A stretch of 63,788 bases of DNA, the filler included, from Lama guanicoe (taxonomy: Eukaryota): assembly GCA_013239625.1 (NCBI GenBank). It is 170 parts of 170 records of this genome, joined end to end, with 100 filler letters (N's around TTAATTAATTAA, not from the genome) between each part and the next. Parts side by side here need not be neighbours in the genome. Positions count along the whole stretch, not along the records: positions 61,251 to 61,527 come from PNXV01052223.1; positions 61,628 to 61,904 come from PNXV01052224.1; positions 62,005 to 62,281 come from PNXV01052225.1; positions 62,382 to 62,657 come from PNXV01052226.1; positions 62,758 to 63,034 come from PNXV01052227.1; positions 63,135 to 63,411 come from PNXV01052228.1; positions 63,512 to 63,788 come from PNXV01052229.1; 163 more parts are not named here. One strand, written 5' to 3'. This document shows, piece after piece, positions 61,498 through 63,788 of the stretch. The notes beneath the pieces are model-generated. The model was not told the DNA's origin, ran no database searches, and saw only the letters and a program-made list of their open reading frames with translations. The position numbers were made by a program, and so were the translations under genes. How positions within the stretch are numbered: the stretch's first letter is position 1; every line of letters begins with the position of its first letter.

Positions 61498-62381
61498 CTG
61501 TGGGAAAGGAACAGGCAAATCAGGGCGNNNNNNNNNNNNNNNNNNNNNNNNNNNNNNNNNNNNNNNNNNNNTTAATTAATTAANNNNNNNNNNNNNNNNN
61601 NNNNNNNNNNNNNNNNNNNNNNNNNNNTTTGGTATCTGTATCCTGGACTAGAATGTAAGCTCAGGAGAGCGGGGCCCGCACCGGCTGCTTCCCTACGTTC
61701 AACCAGTGCTTGGAACAGTGCTCGGCTCACAGCAAAAGTGCAAGTGTGCATATATGTACCTGCTGGATGGCGAAGCTCTCCCTACTGGCTGGGGGGCTGC
61801 CTGAATTCACCCCGCTGTGACAGAGAACAGCAGAGGCAGCAAGAAAGAGAGACACAGAGAGAAGGAGAGAGTGAGGGATCTGAGCTCCCAGATCGAACTG
61901 TGCCNNNNNNNNNNNNNNNNNNNNNNNNNNNNNNNNNNNNNNNNNNNNTTAATTAATTAANNNNNNNNNNNNNNNNNNNNNNNNNNNNNNNNNNNNNNNN
62001 NNNNAATTTTATTTGCAACTTCTAGAAGGTCACAGTGTCACTGTCCTAGTAGACCTTGGCCCCTGATAGAATCCTTTTTCTTTGTTAGAAATATTTTTTT
62101 TCTTAATTCTAACCTTCTGTACAATACTTAGAACTGATTTACCTTGCAGAAGCAGGCTTATCTTGAATATTTAGGCCAATATATTTGTTTCAAACTAGCA
62201 GGTAACAGTAATTTCTGCAAACCATCTGGAAAGACAGTTTATCAGATTACATACTCTCTCCTCCCAACTTGTCCCAGATAANNNNNNNNNNNNNNNNNNN
62301 NNNNNNNNNNNNNNNNNNNNNNNNNTTAATTAATTAANNNNNNNNNNNNNNNNNNNNNNNNNNNNNNNNNNNNNNNNNNNN

Positions 62382-62657
62382 GTGTCAATTTCAGGTGTAC
62401 AGGACAACGTCCCAGTCATGAATATACATATATATTCCTTTTCATATTCTTTTTCATTACAAGATACTGAATATAGTTCCCTGTGCTATACAAAGGGAAT
62501 TTATTTTTTAATCTATTTTATATATAGTTGTCAGTACCTGCAAATCTTGAACTCCTAATTTATCCCTTCCCAACGCCTTCCCCCCTCAGGAAACATAAGT
62601 TTGTTTACTATGTCTGGGAGTCTGTTTCTGTTTAGTAGGTGAGTTCGTTAGTGTCTT
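62382..62657 (-). mobile_element. Camelid-type LINE-1 3' UTR
   Basis: gtgtcaatttcaggtgtacag...gtcccagtcatgaatatac...tagttccctgtgctatac; homologous to 32315-32566. Confidence 0.92.
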
Positions 62658-62757
62658 NNNNNNNNNNNNNNNNNNNNNNNNNNNNNNNNNNNNNNNNNNN
62701 NTTAATTAATTAANNNNNNNNNNNNNNNNNNNNNNNNNNNNNNNNNNNNNNNNNNNN

Positions 62758-62830
62758 GATTCCACATCCATGAATTCAACTGTGGCTCGTGTAGTGCTTA
62801 TTTAGTATGTATGTATTGAAAACAATACCA
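62758..62830 (+). mobile_element. Tigger2/MER8-like fragment
   Basis: catccatgaattcaactgtggctcgtgtagtg...tattgaaaa. Confidence 0.5.
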
Positions 62831-62859
62831 GTAAAAAAAAAAAAGGGAGAAAGAAAAAA

Positions 62860-63034
62860 AATGCCAAATGAACTTAAATATGAAATAGAAACAGACGAAT
62901 AGACACAGAACACAAACTTGTGGTTGCCAGGGGGGGAAGGGATGGGAAGGGACAGACTGGGATTTCACAATTTGTAGATACTGAGAGGCACATGCAGAAC
63001 AGATAAACAAGATTATACTTTATAGCACAGGGAA
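62860..63034 (+). mobile_element. Camelid/artiodactyl LINE-1 3' UTR
   Basis: aaatgaacttaaatatgaaatagaaacagac...aacttgtggttgccagggggg...tatagcacagggaa. Confidence 0.9.
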
Positions 63035-63134
63035 NNNNNNNNNNNNNNNNNNNNNNNNNNNNNNNNNNNNNNNNNNNNTTAATTAATTAANNNNNNNNNN
63101 NNNNNNNNNNNNNNNNNNNNNNNNNNNNNNNNNN

Positions 63135-63411
63135 ATAGAGTTGCACTCCTGATCTAAAGGCCCTGTGCACAGGATTACCATGATAGGGCTGCATCCCTGA
63201 TCTCAGGCTCTGTGCACAGGCTAGTATTAGTTTAGGACTGAATCCCTGACCTTGGAACCATGTTCCCAGGACTGTACCAGGATATTGCTGCATCCCTAAC
63301 CTCAGAGACCTGTGCCTAAGATTATCCCAGGATATGGCTTCATCACTGACCTGGGAGCTTTGTGCATAGGGCTATACCAGGATAAGGCTGCATCCATGAC
63401 CCCAGGGACCT
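63135..63411 (+). repeat. Diverged ~50-bp tandem repeat (5.6 units)
   Basis: Units of 48/49/50/50/50 nt with consensus about ATAGGGCTGCATCCCTGACCTCAGRGNCCTGTGCMCAGGAYTRTACCAGG. Confidence 0.88.
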
Positions 63412-63519
63412 NNNNNNNNNNNNNNNNNNNNNNNNNNNNNNNNNNNNNNNNNNNNTTAATTAATTAANNNNNNNNNNNNNNNNNNNNNNNNNNNNNNNNN
63501 NNNNNNNNNNNTCCTCATC

Positions 63520-63788
63520 TCCACTGACATCAGGGTTGGTCGTATGACTCATGATGGCCATTGGAATGAGAGCAGCGGTAACATCTACAGAGACGGTGAT
63601 TCAGCTTTGCCTTCTTCTCCCTCTGTCATGAGAATGACATGTCCTAGGTAAGTGCTGCTTCTTCAGACTGGGTCCTGGGACAAATATAACATGCAGACCC
63701 AAAGCTACTGCAGCCAGTATGCAGCAACCTACAGGCAACACGTAATATGAGCAAGAAATAAAGCTTTGCCACTGACAGCCACTGAGAG
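63520..63788 (+). mobile_element. Old MaLR LTR (MLT1I/J-like)
   Basis: ccctctgtcatgagaatgacatgtcc...cttcagactgggtcctggga...atgagcaagaaataaagctttg...agccactgaga. Confidence 0.7.

Larger units (their letters stand above)
276..63511. other. 169 artificial 100-nt contig linkers (44 N + TTAATTAATTAA + 44 N) joining 170 short contigs
   Basis: Identical linker recurring every 373-377 nt (first 276-375, last 63412-63511). The palindromic 12-mer gives TAA in all six frames. The sequence on either side of each linker is unrelated. Confidence 0.99.

Noticed and set aside
1591..63293. ORF-track entries containing XXXX and ending LIN or N
   Set aside because: They read through N padding into the linker; most use alternative starts and have no recognisable protein similarity.
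276..63511. CRISPR-like or regularly interspaced array of TTAATTAATTAA with unique spacers
   Set aside because: The 12-mer is embedded in N runs, is invariant, and is a six-frame stop linker. The spacers are ~275-bp mammalian fragments and there are no cas genes.

Overview
This window is not a contiguous locus. It is an artificial concatenation of 170 unrelated short contigs (273-277 bp, sorted by increasing length). Each is separated by a 100-nt linker, N44-TTAATTAATTAA-N44, which has stop codons in all six frames, so this looks like the unplaced small-contig bin of a mammalian short-read assembly. The repeat content points to a camelid (alpaca/llama/camel; inferred, not proven): artiodactyl-type L1 3' UTRs, ancient MIR/L2/MaLR/hAT/Tigger elements, and no Alu, B1, BovB, Bov-tA or PRE-1 SINEs that I could recognise. 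The Ig-lambda V sequence supports the same origin. Almost all ORF-track entries are spurious or run into the linkers. Recognisable gene fragments are: the DAXX start-codon exon, the end of an MHC class I leader exon, a CR1-type sushi exon, an IGLV pseudogene with a 23-RSS, a complete ANKRD26/POTE-family ankyrin exon, a complete divergent C2orf81-like exon, and a frameshifted OGFOD3 retrocopy. Non-coding highlights are three divergent monomers of a ~266-267 bp satellite, a ~50-bp tandem repeat, a two-arm assembly bubble with 11 differences, and a CTCF+CRE site. I found no evidence for a novel multi-gene system, and adjacency between contigs carries no biological meaning. Family assignments are from recall of known sequences; no database search was run.
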